This document shows positions 46,988 to 58,124 of a stretch of DNA of 64,000 nt, one piece after another; position 1 is the stretch's first letter, and the number at the start of each line of letters is the position of its first letter. Source of the DNA: a virus. The translations under genes were made by a program, and so were the position numbers. The DNA lies in UHGV virus genome UHGV-1558314. The stretch is one strand, 5' to 3'. Below the pieces are notes generated by a model, which worked only from the letters and a program-made list of their open reading frames with translations, did not search any database and was not told where the DNA came from.

Positions 46988-47884
46988 TTACAGTGTTCCG
47001 CAAAGCAATTCACGTAAATCCATGCCGGCTTGTGTACTGTACTGAGCAATAAGATTACGTTCTGAATCAGACATACTCCAATAAATCTTATGCAGAGCTC
47101 TACGAATAATAGTATGAATGCCAGATGTGCTACAATTGAACTTCTTTGCAAGTTCTGCATGAGTTAACAAATCAGCATCGCCAAGGCCATACACATGTGT
47201 GAGTACAAGCTTTTCATTTTGAGTGAGTTGTTCAAATGCTCTTTGCAGAATCTTTGTGATACGTTTGTGAGCATCTTCGATTTCAAGAACTTCTTGGCCT
47301 GTTTTGAAGTCTGACCTCAAATCATTCTGAACTGGTGACCATGCGTCACCATCTTTGTCAAGTGTAGTGTCATCCTTGCTGATGAATTGCTTGCCTTCAA
47401 GAGCTCTTTCATATGCTCCACGAATACCAGTAGATAATTGTTGACTTGTCAGATTGAGTTCGTCAAGCACATATTTCTTAATCCAAGGATATGCATATGT
47501 GCTAAACTTTGCTTCACGAACTCCTGCAGGCAATACGCCTTCTACGTAATTCTTGGCTGCTATTGACAATCCAAGATTGCCTGCTTGAATGACGTCATCA
47601 AATGGAACCGAGCGTTTGCCAGATGCGAACCATAAGCTTCGTGCAACTGATATGACCAATCTTAAACAAGATTTGATAAGAGCTTCACGATTTTCTTGAG
47701 TCTTCTTGAATCGAGTAACATCACAATATCGCTTTGCAGTAGCCAGCGATTTGACTTCTTCAGGAGTAAGCTCATTCTCCATCCTCATTTGCTTGAGCTC
47801 TTCCTTTGTGTATAGACGTTCTCTTGTGATTCTACCTACGTCCTTTACGTAGCCTTGATTGATTTGTGAATTTGAACCTGCCAT
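46988..47884 (-). CDS. sigma-70-family RNA polymerase sigma factor
   Basis: Region-2-like LRLVISVARSL...FDDVIQAGNLGLSIAAKNY; region-4 helix-turn-helix LTQNEKLVLTHVYGL...LTHAELAKKFNCSTSGIHTIIRRALHKI. Confidence 0.75.
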   Translation of the reverse strand: MAGSNSQINQGYVKDVGRITRERLYTKEELKQMRMENELTPEEVKSLATAKRYCDVTRFKKTQENREALIKSCLRLVISVARSLWFASGKRSVPFDDVIQAGNLGLSIAAKNYVEGVLPAGVREAKFSTYAYPWIKKYVLDELNLTSQQLSTGIRGAYERALEGKQFISKDDTTLDKDGDAWSPVQNDLRSDFKTGQEVLEIEDAHKRITKILQRAFEQLTQNEKLVLTHVYGLGDADLLTHAELAKKFNCSTSGIHTIIRRALHKIYWSMSDSERNLIAQYSTQAGMDLRELLCGTL

Positions 47885-48017
47885 GGTTGTGTAACTTATT
47901 TAGTTTTAATTTGTTATATAAATTTAATCATTTTTTGTCACATATGAAAATGTTTTGCACATTATTGTCACATAAAGTGTAAAAAAGTTATGAACATTTT
48001 GTTAACACATGTAGACA

Positions 48018-49640
48018 TCAAACCATTTCATTCAACTTGTCGACGTTCTTTTTAGCGTCTGCACTTTGTACAAATGCATAGACATTATCATAGACTTTGC
48101 TAATTGCTGCATCTGTGTAATCATAGAAGCTGTGTCGAGTTCTTGAAGTTCTGCCACCTTTGATGCCAAGTGATGCTTTGTCAGAATCTGATGGTTTCCA
48201 ATATGTTCGTCCAAACCCCGTAGATAGAATCATACTTTCCACGCCAGACCTATCTCGTGGCATAGCATGTTTCAAATGGCAAGTTACAATGAAGTCAGTT
48301 GGAAAGTCATCATAGCCAAGCTCACTTGATGCAGGTTGAATGTCAGTCTTCGTTAAGATAAGATTGCCAATGCTTGCTATGGGTCGAAGTGGGTTTCCTA
48401 ATAGCAAGTGCCATTCGCCGATGGCGTCGCCCTTCAACAAACTATTCATAACAGGAATTGCTGGTCGACCAATAGTGTTCAAGAATTTCGCAACAGCAAA
48501 ACGTTGAAATGCAAGTTTAGCAATCTGCTGCAATTTTTGTTTTGCTGCTTCTTTTCCACCTCCGCTTGCATTCATAATGTTTTGAGCAATGCCTTTGAAG
48601 AAGTCTGTGATTGAGTTGAATGAACCATCAAGCGCATCTTGAATGATTGTAGATTCAAGTTCAAGTGCTTTGTTCCAGAATACTGATGGTTGACCGCCAA
48701 CCCAGTAGCGACCACCTCCCCAAAAACGCGCGTCATTGTATGTGCATTGCATCACATTGCTCAACAAGTCAAGCATTGCTGTTTTGGGATTGATTCCATC
48801 AATCGACTTCAATGAATAAAAGAATTTGACAGTCAATTCATGCTCAAAGTTCAAGCCGACATCACGAATATGCGTTTGTGTAATTGAATCAATTGGGCCA
48901 TAGACTTTATTGTGGTCATGTGTCGGGTCTATTGACAGTCGTGCTTTGCCACGCATTTGGTCTTTTGCATACACTGGGTCCATCAATTTTGCTACTCGGC
49001 CCATCCAGCCACTGATGCCATAATTGCCTCCACTGTCACCACGCATTTCGCCTTGCTCCAATGCAGCAGACAATTCTTTCCAACGCATGCCAAAACTGAA
49101 GCTCAACAAATCTTCAAGTTTGTTGTTTTCACCATCAAACCACGTAATCATATGAGCGATTTCAGGTGTTTGCTGAACTGTTGTGTTGAAGATGTCATCT
49201 TGACATGGCTCAGCAAATCTGCGCAATGTTATGAGTCTGTTGTTTGGGATTTGACCAAGAAATCTGCAATATGCAAAGTCTTGCCAATCGTATGTTGATG
49301 CGCCAATGGGGTTGTTAATGATATTTGCTGCAGTAGGCGTCAAGTATTGCAGGCCTTGCAAGTCTTGGTCAAAGTACACAGTTTTGCCATCAGGCAATTG
49401 CGGTGCTGCAAATAGATTCCATGCATTGAACAAAGACTGCACACCTTGTTTTGATGCATCTTCTGCACCACGAGGCATATCAGCATTGAGTTTCTTTTCA
49501 TAAAACCCGTGCTCATAATCTGTCTCTTGTGCAAATGCGCCTGTCAATGTGCTATTATCTGCATTGAGCTTATTGTCTTTTGGCGGAGCTATTGTAGCCA
49601 TATCTTCAAATGTATTTAGGATATGTACCAAACATAACAA
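48018..49640 (-). CDS. hypothetical protein, probable virion protein
   Basis: 540-aa ORF; start may be the internal MATIAPPK. Confidence 0.45.
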   Translation of the reverse strand: MLCLVHILNTFEDMATIAPPKDNKLNADNSTLTGAFAQETDYEHGFYEKKLNADMPRGAEDASKQGVQSLFNAWNLFAAPQLPDGKTVYFDQDLQGLQYLTPTAANIINNPIGASTYDWQDFAYCRFLGQIPNNRLITLRRFAEPCQDDIFNTTVQQTPEIAHMITWFDGENNKLEDLLSFSFGMRWKELSAALEQGEMRGDSGGNYGISGWMGRVAKLMDPVYAKDQMRGKARLSIDPTHDHNKVYGPIDSITQTHIRDVGLNFEHELTVKFFYSLKSIDGINPKTAMLDLLSNVMQCTYNDARFWGGGRYWVGGQPSVFWNKALELESTIIQDALDGSFNSITDFFKGIAQNIMNASGGGKEAAKQKLQQIAKLAFQRFAVAKFLNTIGRPAIPVMNSLLKGDAIGEWHLLLGNPLRPIASIGNLILTKTDIQPASSELGYDDFPTDFIVTCHLKHAMPRDRSGVESMILSTGFGRTYWKPSDSDKASLGIKGGRTSRTRHSFYDYTDAAISKVYDNVYAFVQSADAKKNVDKLNEMV

Positions 49641-49649
49641 AAGCTTGAC

Positions 49650-50141
49650 TTATTCAGTCAAGCTTTGTTCAGAAAGTTCAATAATTTGTGTTTCGTATAG
49701 TCGTCTTAGTTCATCAAATCTTACACAGTTTTTGTCATACAGTGTAGCAAGACCTTGCAATGCTTGTTGTTTGCTTGTCCATACAATGTCAGCAGTCAAA
49801 TCCCATAACCACTTTTGTGCATAATAGAACTTCCAGTCATGCCAAAATGCATGTGCAGTAATTTGCTGTTCTTTATCATCAATGTAGATAAAGTGATGTG
49901 TTGGATTGCCACTTTCAAGATCTACAAATCTGAATGTCTTGTTTGCTACATGCTCAGCAATCCATTCATCAGATGCAATGACTTCTTGCAATGCGCATTG
50001 ATAATAGTAACGCTTTGCAATGTCAAAGTGACGAACAACTACGCCACGAAACAGTGTCCACAGCCAAGGCTCTTCTTCTGAACTTCTAATCCAGTAGACT
50101 TCTTGATTGACTGGCAGAAAATCGTAGTGAACGAGGTCCAT
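49650..50141 (-). CDS. hypothetical protein
   Basis: 163-aa ORF. Confidence 0.45.
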   Translation of the reverse strand: MDLVHYDFLPVNQEVYWIRSSEEEPWLWTLFRGVVVRHFDIAKRYYYQCALQEVIASDEWIAEHVANKTFRFVDLESGNPTHHFIYIDDKEQQITAHAFWHDWKFYYAQKWLWDLTADIVWTSKQQALQGLATLYDKNCVRFDELRRLYETQIIELSEQSLTE

Positions 50142-50144
50142 TGC

Positions 50145-50723
50145 TTACAGATGCACATTGACACTTGTCACAAGGTCGCAATCAATCAATGCTTTGAGCG
50201 TGTCAATTTCATTGTAGCCAAATGCGCGTGTAGCAGCAAGCACATGATTGACATCTACTGCAGCAGTAATGTCGACTACAACAGTCTTGTCATCTTCAAG
50301 TGGCTGCAAACGCTTGATGAGTTGATGCAGCATATCGTCTGCAGGTGCGCTTAGCTGCTGTGCTGGATATGCCGGTATATGCTGCACTGGTTCAATTGGT
50401 GATGTTATTGGCGATGTAGTTGCTGGTGACACTGGTGCAATTGGTACTACATGCTGTACTGGTGCGATGACTTCAGATACAACACTGCCATCTGCAGCAG
50501 TTGTAGTTACGCTTGGAATCACAATTGGCTGAGAAAATACGTCATCTTGAGGGCGATTCCATGTTTCAATTTCAGACAATGCATAAAGACGATTTTGACT
50601 GTCCCATGCCTTATCAGCTTCTTCGTCAATTGCAACAATTGTTCGAATTTCTGCCGTTGCTGGCCTATCGCCGTTTTCGAGCTGTTCAATGACTCTGATA
50701 GGCGCTATTGATGTTCGTGCCAT
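50145..50723 (-). CDS. hypothetical protein (start trimmed to ATG at 50723)
   Basis: ORF-track start at 50780 is a TTG inside the intergenic motif; first ATG is 50723 (MARTSIAPIRV...). Confidence 0.45.
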   Translation of the reverse strand: MARTSIAPIRVIEQLENGDRPATAEIRTIVAIDEEADKAWDSQNRLYALSEIETWNRPQDDVFSQPIVIPSVTTTAADGSVVSEVIAPVQHVVPIAPVSPATTSPITSPIEPVQHIPAYPAQQLSAPADDMLHQLIKRLQPLEDDKTVVVDITAAVDVNHVLAATRAFGYNEIDTLKALIDCDLVTSVNVHL

Positions 50724-50738
50724 GTTTGGATGGTTTTT

Positions 50739-50810
50739 TATATTGTACAATATGCAAAGTGCTTTTGCACTTTGATGCAAAGTACTGCGTACACAACATG
50801 CAATGTATAA
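50739..50810 (-). promoter_or_regulatory. motif variant with inverted repeat CAAAGTGC-tttt-GCACTTTG, upstream of gene 50145..50723
   Basis: tatattgtacaatatgcaaagtgcttttgcactttgatgcaaagtactgcgtacacaacatgcaatg. Confidence 0.4.
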
Positions 50811-50895
50811 ATTTGCATTTGTGTCGCTATTTTATGCTAAGCACCCTGCGTAAAATAGTGAAATGCTTATTTTACGCAGGGTACGTCAGGTTAAA

Positions 50896-53800
50896 TTATC
50901 GTACGATGAATGGCTTGTTGGTATCTTCAATAATCATTGAGCCAATGCCATGCAACTCTTGAGTAACCTCGACAGATACGTCTTGTGCAGTGTTGTACGA
51001 GCACTTGAATGCTGCAACTCGACTAAATGCGTCAATGTCTGAGTAACTGAGTTCATCGACTTGCATTGAGATTTCACCAATTGCTGGCGTAGTCTTTGAT
51101 GGCGTAATTGTGATGTCATGCAGCCAACCCGGATTGCCAACTATGACTGCTGTCAATGATTCGCCATCAATAGGATTGACGATTTCATAGTTGAAGTTTA
51201 GTGTCTTTGCAGCATCATCAGTTGTTGCTGATGCAGGTGTAATGTTGATTGTTGTTACGCCTTTAGCAGCTTGAACAACTTGTGCAGTGACATCTTGAGC
51301 ATTGATGTGAGAGAACTTAACTGAGCAGCTACGTTGTTCTATCGTTAAGTTGCGGTCACATTCAATAGTCAAGTAGCCCTTGCCAGTATTGTCATCGTAT
51401 TCGAAGTTTGTGTCAGTAAATGTGCCGTCATTATCAAGAACTTCATATGACAATTGCTGCCCTGCAATTGGATTACTAACAGTGATTTCGAATTGTGCTT
51501 GAGTGTCAGTTGACTTCAATTGAGCATTCATTGGCTCAACAATTATCATTGATACACCTTGAGCTGCTTGTGTGATGCTGACCGTTACATTGTCAGCAGT
51601 CATGTATGACAGTCTCAAGTATAAGTTACGAGTAGCTGTTGCAGTGTTGATGTCAAGCGCAAATTGTATTGTGCCAGCTGACATGTTTACTGCAGGTTCG
51701 CCAACAAAGCCAGAGCCCTCTGCTGTAACTGTTAATGTTTCGCCTTCAATAGGATTAGTGATGCTAAAGTTAACTGTGAACGAACCGCCATTAGCTGCTG
51801 CGTTGATTGTCAATGGTTCAGCATTGATGACTGTAGCTTCTTTAGCTGCTTGAGTAAGCAATACTGCTACATTGTCAGCAGTTGGATATTGCAGTACAAT
51901 ATTTGCTGTACGAGCAGTTGTTTGCAATGTCTTGTCATAATCAAATGTAATCTTGTCATCAGCAACTTGAACGTTGTGAATCCAACTTTCTGTAGCATAT
52001 GCAGTGACTGCTGCACCAGCAAAGCCATTACGAATTTGATATGCAATTTCAGCTGAACCACCAGCTGCATTAAGTGACATAGAGCTTGTGACAATGATTT
52101 CGGGTCTTGTTGAAACACCTGTGCTGTATTGAACAACAGAAGCTATTACACGAGGCTCAAATATAACAGCATTTGCAGAACCGCCAAATGTAGGTGTTGC
52201 AATCACATAGATTGGCCAAACTCCACTTGATGCGACATTACGTAAGATTGCTTGATAATGCAGTTCATTGCATGCATCTTGCAATTCACTCCACGTTTTT
52301 GTAGTGTCAATTGATGTCAAGCATGCTGGCAATACTGCGCATGTTGATGGCTTATCAGCATCAATTTGTGTTGCAGCACCACCTGATACTGGTCTGTAAC
52401 TCAAGTCGACTTTAACAGATGCATAGCCATTGCCATACACAATAAATGGCACTGTGATATCGAGCAAAATATCTACAGTTGCAGGCATGTTCAGATATGC
52501 TGGCAGTGGTACAAGCGTTTGCATTGCTGTCGTGCCTGGCACATGGTCATCGAATGATTCAACATACACAGGTGGTGTCAAGTCATCTTTATGCGCATAT
52601 TCTGCATGAGTGTGGTCTGAATGTGATACTGTGCTTGCATAACCAGACCCAGCAAAGTCTTTATTGAATGCAGACTTCTTTGCTTCTTCAGTCAATCTGC
52701 CGGAGCCATCATATGTCAGCACAGTATTTGATGAGCCAATACCTGCCGCAAGATGATTTGAGCCATCAATGAAGACATGCTTGTATTGACGTTCAAACAA
52801 ATGAGCATCAAAATTGTCAAATATCGAATTGAACAACTTTTTGACTGCAGATGCTGTAGGCAGATGCTTGTTTGCATTTGCGCCATCGATAATGATGCTT
52901 GACCAATTGTCTGAGCTCTTGAAGATGCTAAGAAGCATATCAACAACTTTGCCAGTAGCATCTGTGCCAAGAACACTTGCACCGGGCAGTTTCATCAATT
53001 GCAAGTCGACTGTTGCAGCAAGTTTAAGCAACTGCTTTGTCAATGTCAGAATGTCTGTGACAACTCCAGCATCTGACAATGCTGCAATGCGATATGACTG
53101 ATTGATGAGTTGCGCAAACTTATATGCACGAATGAATGACTCTCGCTTTGCTTCTGCATCCAAGCCTTTTGCCAAGAACAACTCATCATATTTCAGATTT
53201 GCATATGACAATATGTCAAGCTCATTGACTGCAGATGTAAAATGATTGCGAAGTCTAATGCCCTCATATGACTGCCACAATGCAGCCAAATCAGCAAATG
53301 ACTTGACATGTGAATCATCTGATGCAAAGCCAAATACAAGACCACTGTTAAAGTCATTTTGCAGCAGCATATGCGGAAAAGCATCAATGCCTGGCAACTG
53401 ATTCTTTTTGTCTGCATCAAGACGATTCAGTGTTCGTTGTGTGAGGTCGTAATAGTAATATGGATTGCCCAATATCTGCATAACTGGCTTTGCTACTTTG
53501 TTGTTTGCATTGCCAAGTCCATCGATTTGTGTATCACTCGGTGCAAGCAGAATAACTGAGCTGTCAACGTTATTGTATCGAGGCACGCTTTCAAGCCCTA
53601 TTGACAACGCACCTGTATGCTTGTTTGAGTAGTTGTTGTCGATTTCTGCGCCAGGCTGCCCGTCTGCAGCAATGTTGAACATTGCTGCATATGACTTGAT
53701 TGTGCCGCCATACTTTGTTTTGATGAGCTCTTCAATGATTTGCGTAATGATGACATTCAAGTTATCATTGTCACTTGTCAGCAATTGCAAGCCCGTAAAT

Positions 53801-54303
53801 TGCCACCATTGAGCATCATTTGATGATGCATCATACCAGTACACCTTGCCATCTGGTGCAATGACCCAGTCTGCGTATGACAAAGCGTCTGTATGCAAAA
53901 TGTTGCAAAACGCAGGTTTGTTTGCATCTGAACAGAACTCATTGAATGCTGCAGCATCGACAACTTTTGCAGTACCTGCGTCATTTTGCGTAGCTGACCA
54001 ATCACTGCCAAACACTGTATTTATATCAGCAAGTGATGCGTACATAATGCGGTTGCCTCGATAGCCATCGAAGCCAGGCAAGCCACGGTCGCCAGTTTCA
54101 CCAATGCGACCCTTAAATAGGGGTGAATTCACAATTCTACTGAAATTGTAATTCAAAATTTCACACAACTCTGCATAAGATGTGACTTGAAGTTTTTTCA
54201 GTACAATTGGCTGTGCTTTATGTTCTGCAGACATGTTGTTCAGATATTTTGCTTTGTATATGTATTCGAGACTTTGTTGAGAATCGTCTGTCACTATGTG
54301 CAT
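50896..54303 (-). CDS. tail-fibre-like protein with short collagen-like Gly-X-Y run and C-terminal tandem Ig/BACON-like repeats
   Basis: GRIGETGDRGLPGFDGYRG (6 Gly-X-Y triplets); repeated units ...ADNVTVSITQAAQG / ...AQDVTAQVVQAAKG. Confidence 0.55.
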   Translation of the reverse strand: MHIVTDDSQQSLEYIYKAKYLNNMSAEHKAQPIVLKKLQVTSYAELCEILNYNFSRIVNSPLFKGRIGETGDRGLPGFDGYRGNRIMYASLADINTVFGSDWSATQNDAGTAKVVDAAAFNEFCSDANKPAFCNILHTDALSYADWVIAPDGKVYWYDASSNDAQWWQFTGLQLLTSDNDNLNVIITQIIEELIKTKYGGTIKSYAAMFNIAADGQPGAEIDNNYSNKHTGALSIGLESVPRYNNVDSSVILLAPSDTQIDGLGNANNKVAKPVMQILGNPYYYYDLTQRTLNRLDADKKNQLPGIDAFPHMLLQNDFNSGLVFGFASDDSHVKSFADLAALWQSYEGIRLRNHFTSAVNELDILSYANLKYDELFLAKGLDAEAKRESFIRAYKFAQLINQSYRIAALSDAGVVTDILTLTKQLLKLAATVDLQLMKLPGASVLGTDATGKVVDMLLSIFKSSDNWSSIIIDGANANKHLPTASAVKKLFNSIFDNFDAHLFERQYKHVFIDGSNHLAAGIGSSNTVLTYDGSGRLTEEAKKSAFNKDFAGSGYASTVSHSDHTHAEYAHKDDLTPPVYVESFDDHVPGTTAMQTLVPLPAYLNMPATVDILLDITVPFIVYGNGYASVKVDLSYRPVSGGAATQIDADKPSTCAVLPACLTSIDTTKTWSELQDACNELHYQAILRNVASSGVWPIYVIATPTFGGSANAVIFEPRVIASVVQYSTGVSTRPEIIVTSSMSLNAAGGSAEIAYQIRNGFAGAAVTAYATESWIHNVQVADDKITFDYDKTLQTTARTANIVLQYPTADNVAVLLTQAAKEATVINAEPLTINAAANGGSFTVNFSITNPIEGETLTVTAEGSGFVGEPAVNMSAGTIQFALDINTATATRNLYLRLSYMTADNVTVSITQAAQGVSMIIVEPMNAQLKSTDTQAQFEITVSNPIAGQQLSYEVLDNDGTFTDTNFEYDDNTGKGYLTIECDRNLTIEQRSCSVKFSHINAQDVTAQVVQAAKGVTTINITPASATTDDAAKTLNFNYEIVNPIDGESLTAVIVGNPGWLHDITITPSKTTPAIGEISMQVDELSYSDIDAFSRVAAFKCSYNTAQDVSVEVTQELHGIGSMIIEDTNKPFIVR

Positions 54304-54321
54304 TTTGCATTCAGTCTATCA

Positions 54322-57300
54322 TCATTGCCACTCTACAATGCACCTTGCTGCACCTTGTTGAGCTTCAAATTGCACTGTGATATATGAATTTGAACTGTCT
54401 CTGTTCAATGCAATTGGCATGATGAGCTGACCTGTAAAGACATCATAGAATGTCAATGTTGGTTGCAGCAGTTTTGCAATCAAGTAATTTGCATATTGCA
54501 TTGATTTTGCATTGTCACCAAGCAACTTTGCAAGTGCAGCTACAAGCGATAAACGCTGTTCTGCACCAGCAACATCAGGTAATTGCAGTTCTGCTGTTTT
54601 TGTTGCAGCAACAGACATAATTGCTGCGAACATGCAAAGTTCAAACACTGTAGGGCCTTCGATATGCTCAAATGCGCCATCAAGCCAAACTCTCGACAAT
54701 TGCGTTGACAATGGGCTAATAACTTGTTCTACTGTAAGAACTTCATTGTCAATCAATGCCCACAAATGAACTGAACTTGACTGAGCAAACGCTACTTTGT
54801 GCTGCAAAGACTCATCATTTGCAAGCGCAGACCATTGCGTAACTTGAGTCAATTCAGGCAGACAATATGTGCCATATCGAGTCAAATTGACAAGCAGCTT
54901 ATTTGTTGGACTTGCATTTGCAGGGTCTGCATCAATGATTTGCTGCTGCATAAACTTTTGCATTACTGCAATTCCGTCAAGCGCATTGATTGCATCACGT
55001 TGATTGTAGAATGCTATTGGCGCGAATCTGTGAATCATTGTTTGCATTGTTGGCATGACTTGCATTACAATGCTTGTCATCATTGACTCAAGAATTCGTG
55101 GTCTAACAGAGCCCTCAATAAATGCATCGACGTCATTGTCAAATGTCACAGCAAGCTCTGTTTGTATCATATGTTGAGGCCAACTGTATGTTTCACCAGA
55201 CTCGTATTCAATTGATGGAATGATGTCTTTGACCCAGATGATTGCTTCTGTGTCATTCAGCAAGTTCACTTCAATTACATCGAATAATTGTACAAATGCA
55301 GTCTTATATGCTACTGCACTTGTCCAGTTTGTTATGTCAAGTTTGACATTTGTGCCTACAATGAAGATGTCCTTAATTGAGAACAAGTTTTGCAATGCAA
55401 TAACTTTGATTGCAATGTCAATTGAGCCGTCATCATTTATGACGATTGGCTTGTCTACTGTAGTGCCTTTGTATGGAAAGCTTGCGACAGTTTTGCTAAG
55501 CGGATAACAGTTGAATGCTACATCTACTTGTGCAATTTTGTTGTCATCAAGAGCAACAATGCTTGAATTGTCATAGTAGATGCTTTTGTCAATTGCAGTT
55601 GTTTGCAAAATGCCATCAAGATTGACAAGAGACTGGTCAATGACTTTGAATGGCAGTACAACTGTCAATGTTTTGAACTTGTTGTTGATGACAAGCTGCG
55701 GTTTGCATTCAAATACGCTGTCACTGTCTACTCTGACTACTGCAAAGCGCCAGCCAACATATGATGATGACACACTGTACTCAACGCCCTTGAACAATGC
55801 GAATGCAGTGATATGGTCTGGCTTGGCGTAGCAGTATGTGTAGCATGGCACTTCAAGAACAGCCTTGTCAGTTACAGCAAATTTATGTGTCAGTTTTGTG
55901 TCAAATACATCGATAGTAGTGTCAGCAAACTCTTTTATGTCAATTGCTTCTGTAGCATATGACTTGCAAAGCAGTTTTGCATGCTGATGCTGCAGCACAT
56001 ATTCAGGGCAGCCAGACCCTTCAACAAACCAGCTATAATTAAATGAATCCAGTGCAATGCCTGTTAAGCGTTCATATGGCGCAAACCCTGTGCAGTTGAA
56101 TGCTATTGAATTGTTTGCTCTGTATTGCTTGTTCAACGCATCAGTAGCTTCAACTGCAGCAAAATGGCATTGATGAATATTGGGCTTGTTGTCATCATTA
56201 ACTGCAAGGTCGTCAAATCTGTCATAGACAGAATCAGAAAATATCAATGCAGAGTCTTTTGACTCAAGAGTCTTGATTGCGTTTGGTTGTGAGTTGCCTT
56301 GCAATTGCTTAACATGCTGAGCTATTGCATCAATATATTGCATACGTTTTGACTTTTCTGCTGCAGCAGTCATGTTAGTAGCCCATGCATCAATATCGAA
56401 TTCTGTGTTTGTTGTCAGTCTCAATTCAGACTCATAGAAGCCTGACCAGTCATACACATCATGCAATCTGCAAAGTCTGGCTTGTGCAGCTTGAATTTGC
56501 AGCATGTCAAATGCAATTTTGACTGCAATGTCTGGTAGCACATCATCTACAAGCACTACAAGCGAATCAGTAGTTGTCAATGACTCATCAATTTCTGAAA
56601 GAGTCAACAATTGACGAATTCGTACTTTAATTGTATCAGTGTCATTAAGATGTAGCAACAATGCATTTGCAGTTTGCAAGTACTGTCGCATTGTAGCACT
56701 AATGACAAGTGAGTTGTTGACAGTAACTGCTGCATCAAATTGCACAGTTTGGCTGCTGTACGTGCTTTTCTTGTACATAGACCATGGCAGCAAAACTTCA
56801 ATGTCAACATCATTTGAGTTACAATTTGTCTCAATTCGTAGTCTTGGATTGCTTTCTGCACTGTACTTTGACGATGGCAACACTGTTACAGTGTAGTCAT
56901 ATGTAGACTTTGCTGATGCATTTTTGAATGCTTCAATGAATCTGTCAATGCTTTCTTGCCAGTTTAGACCAAACAAGAATTGATTGTCATCGACTGTTTG
57001 GCCATCTTCCCATGCATACAGACGTTCGCCATCGATGCCAGCATCTTTCATCTGACAAACAACTTGCACATCGACATTGCCATCTACAATGATTTCGAAT
57101 TTTTCACCAGGCGTCATTTTGCCCGTCAATTCCAAATCAAGTGTTCGCTTTCGTGTAAATGTGTTTGGCTTAAGCCCATCATTTGCAGAAAATGATGCTA
57201 CAACAGTTTCTGCATACAGCTTAGATGAATCAAGCAATGTAGGCAATTTGACAGTGTAGCCATCAATGTATGTCAGCAAGCCAAGCGCATCACCAGATAC

Positions 57301-58119
57301 ATATGCATCAATGAATGGCAAATGTGACAATGACATCGTTGGCGTCCACTCTGTCATTTGAGCATCTGACACATACAAGCCGACATATCGATGCTCACCT
57401 GGAGTGACATCTTCAAATTCAAATGACAAGTTGACAATTTGCGAGCATATCAGACCATTGTCTCGCCAAGCTTCTGATAATGCAGCATCAAAGTCATATG
57501 GCGACAATTCTGCGTCATCAATGTTTGGCGCACCAAGTGTGACATCTTTGTATTGCGCAGTGACTGCATCAAAGCCCCATACACGACTTTGCTGATTGCT
57601 GCTATGTGACACAAAACATGCAGCTTCAGACATTGATGCTTGATGCTTTGTCAACTCAACAATGTCTTTCAATCGCCATTGATGAACAAGTACAGCGTCT
57701 TTTATGATGCTTTGCCAATCTGTTGCAGTTAAGTTATCTGAACGCAATACAACAAAGTATTGTGGCATATCTGTCTTTGACAGCAACAATGGTGCAAAAT
57801 ATCTGAACACATTGAGTCGCTTCGTATATCTGCAGCCACACACATATGTCATATCGAACTGTTTTGCAAGTTCGTCATTTTGCTGCATGCCAATGAGTGT
57901 GCTTTGTTGCACATTGCAAATCTTCGATATGCCCCACTTAAGACGAGACCACATTGCAGCAGCATTGTCTGCATATGAGCCTGCATTCGAGTCAAACTCA
58001 AGTGAACTTGAATTTGTAAGTGGCGCAAACTTGACTTTGCTATACATGTCTACAATGCATTGTACATCGCCAGACAGCAATGTATTTGTGCGAAACAGTG
58101 CTTTTGATTCGTGTATCAT
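54322..58119 (-). CDS. large virion/tail protein, function unknown
   Basis: 1265-aa ORF between the fibre-like and TM-rich giant proteins. Confidence 0.5.
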   Translation of the reverse strand: MIHESKALFRTNTLLSGDVQCIVDMYSKVKFAPLTNSSSLEFDSNAGSYADNAAAMWSRLKWGISKICNVQQSTLIGMQQNDELAKQFDMTYVCGCRYTKRLNVFRYFAPLLLSKTDMPQYFVVLRSDNLTATDWQSIIKDAVLVHQWRLKDIVELTKHQASMSEAACFVSHSSNQQSRVWGFDAVTAQYKDVTLGAPNIDDAELSPYDFDAALSEAWRDNGLICSQIVNLSFEFEDVTPGEHRYVGLYVSDAQMTEWTPTMSLSHLPFIDAYVSGDALGLLTYIDGYTVKLPTLLDSSKLYAETVVASFSANDGLKPNTFTRKRTLDLELTGKMTPGEKFEIIVDGNVDVQVVCQMKDAGIDGERLYAWEDGQTVDDNQFLFGLNWQESIDRFIEAFKNASAKSTYDYTVTVLPSSKYSAESNPRLRIETNCNSNDVDIEVLLPWSMYKKSTYSSQTVQFDAAVTVNNSLVISATMRQYLQTANALLLHLNDTDTIKVRIRQLLTLSEIDESLTTTDSLVVLVDDVLPDIAVKIAFDMLQIQAAQARLCRLHDVYDWSGFYESELRLTTNTEFDIDAWATNMTAAAEKSKRMQYIDAIAQHVKQLQGNSQPNAIKTLESKDSALIFSDSVYDRFDDLAVNDDNKPNIHQCHFAAVEATDALNKQYRANNSIAFNCTGFAPYERLTGIALDSFNYSWFVEGSGCPEYVLQHQHAKLLCKSYATEAIDIKEFADTTIDVFDTKLTHKFAVTDKAVLEVPCYTYCYAKPDHITAFALFKGVEYSVSSSYVGWRFAVVRVDSDSVFECKPQLVINNKFKTLTVVLPFKVIDQSLVNLDGILQTTAIDKSIYYDNSSIVALDDNKIAQVDVAFNCYPLSKTVASFPYKGTTVDKPIVINDDGSIDIAIKVIALQNLFSIKDIFIVGTNVKLDITNWTSAVAYKTAFVQLFDVIEVNLLNDTEAIIWVKDIIPSIEYESGETYSWPQHMIQTELAVTFDNDVDAFIEGSVRPRILESMMTSIVMQVMPTMQTMIHRFAPIAFYNQRDAINALDGIAVMQKFMQQQIIDADPANASPTNKLLVNLTRYGTYCLPELTQVTQWSALANDESLQHKVAFAQSSSVHLWALIDNEVLTVEQVISPLSTQLSRVWLDGAFEHIEGPTVFELCMFAAIMSVAATKTAELQLPDVAGAEQRLSLVAALAKLLGDNAKSMQYANYLIAKLLQPTLTFYDVFTGQLIMPIALNRDSSNSYITVQFEAQQGAARCIVEWQ

Positions 58120-58124
58120 GTCTC

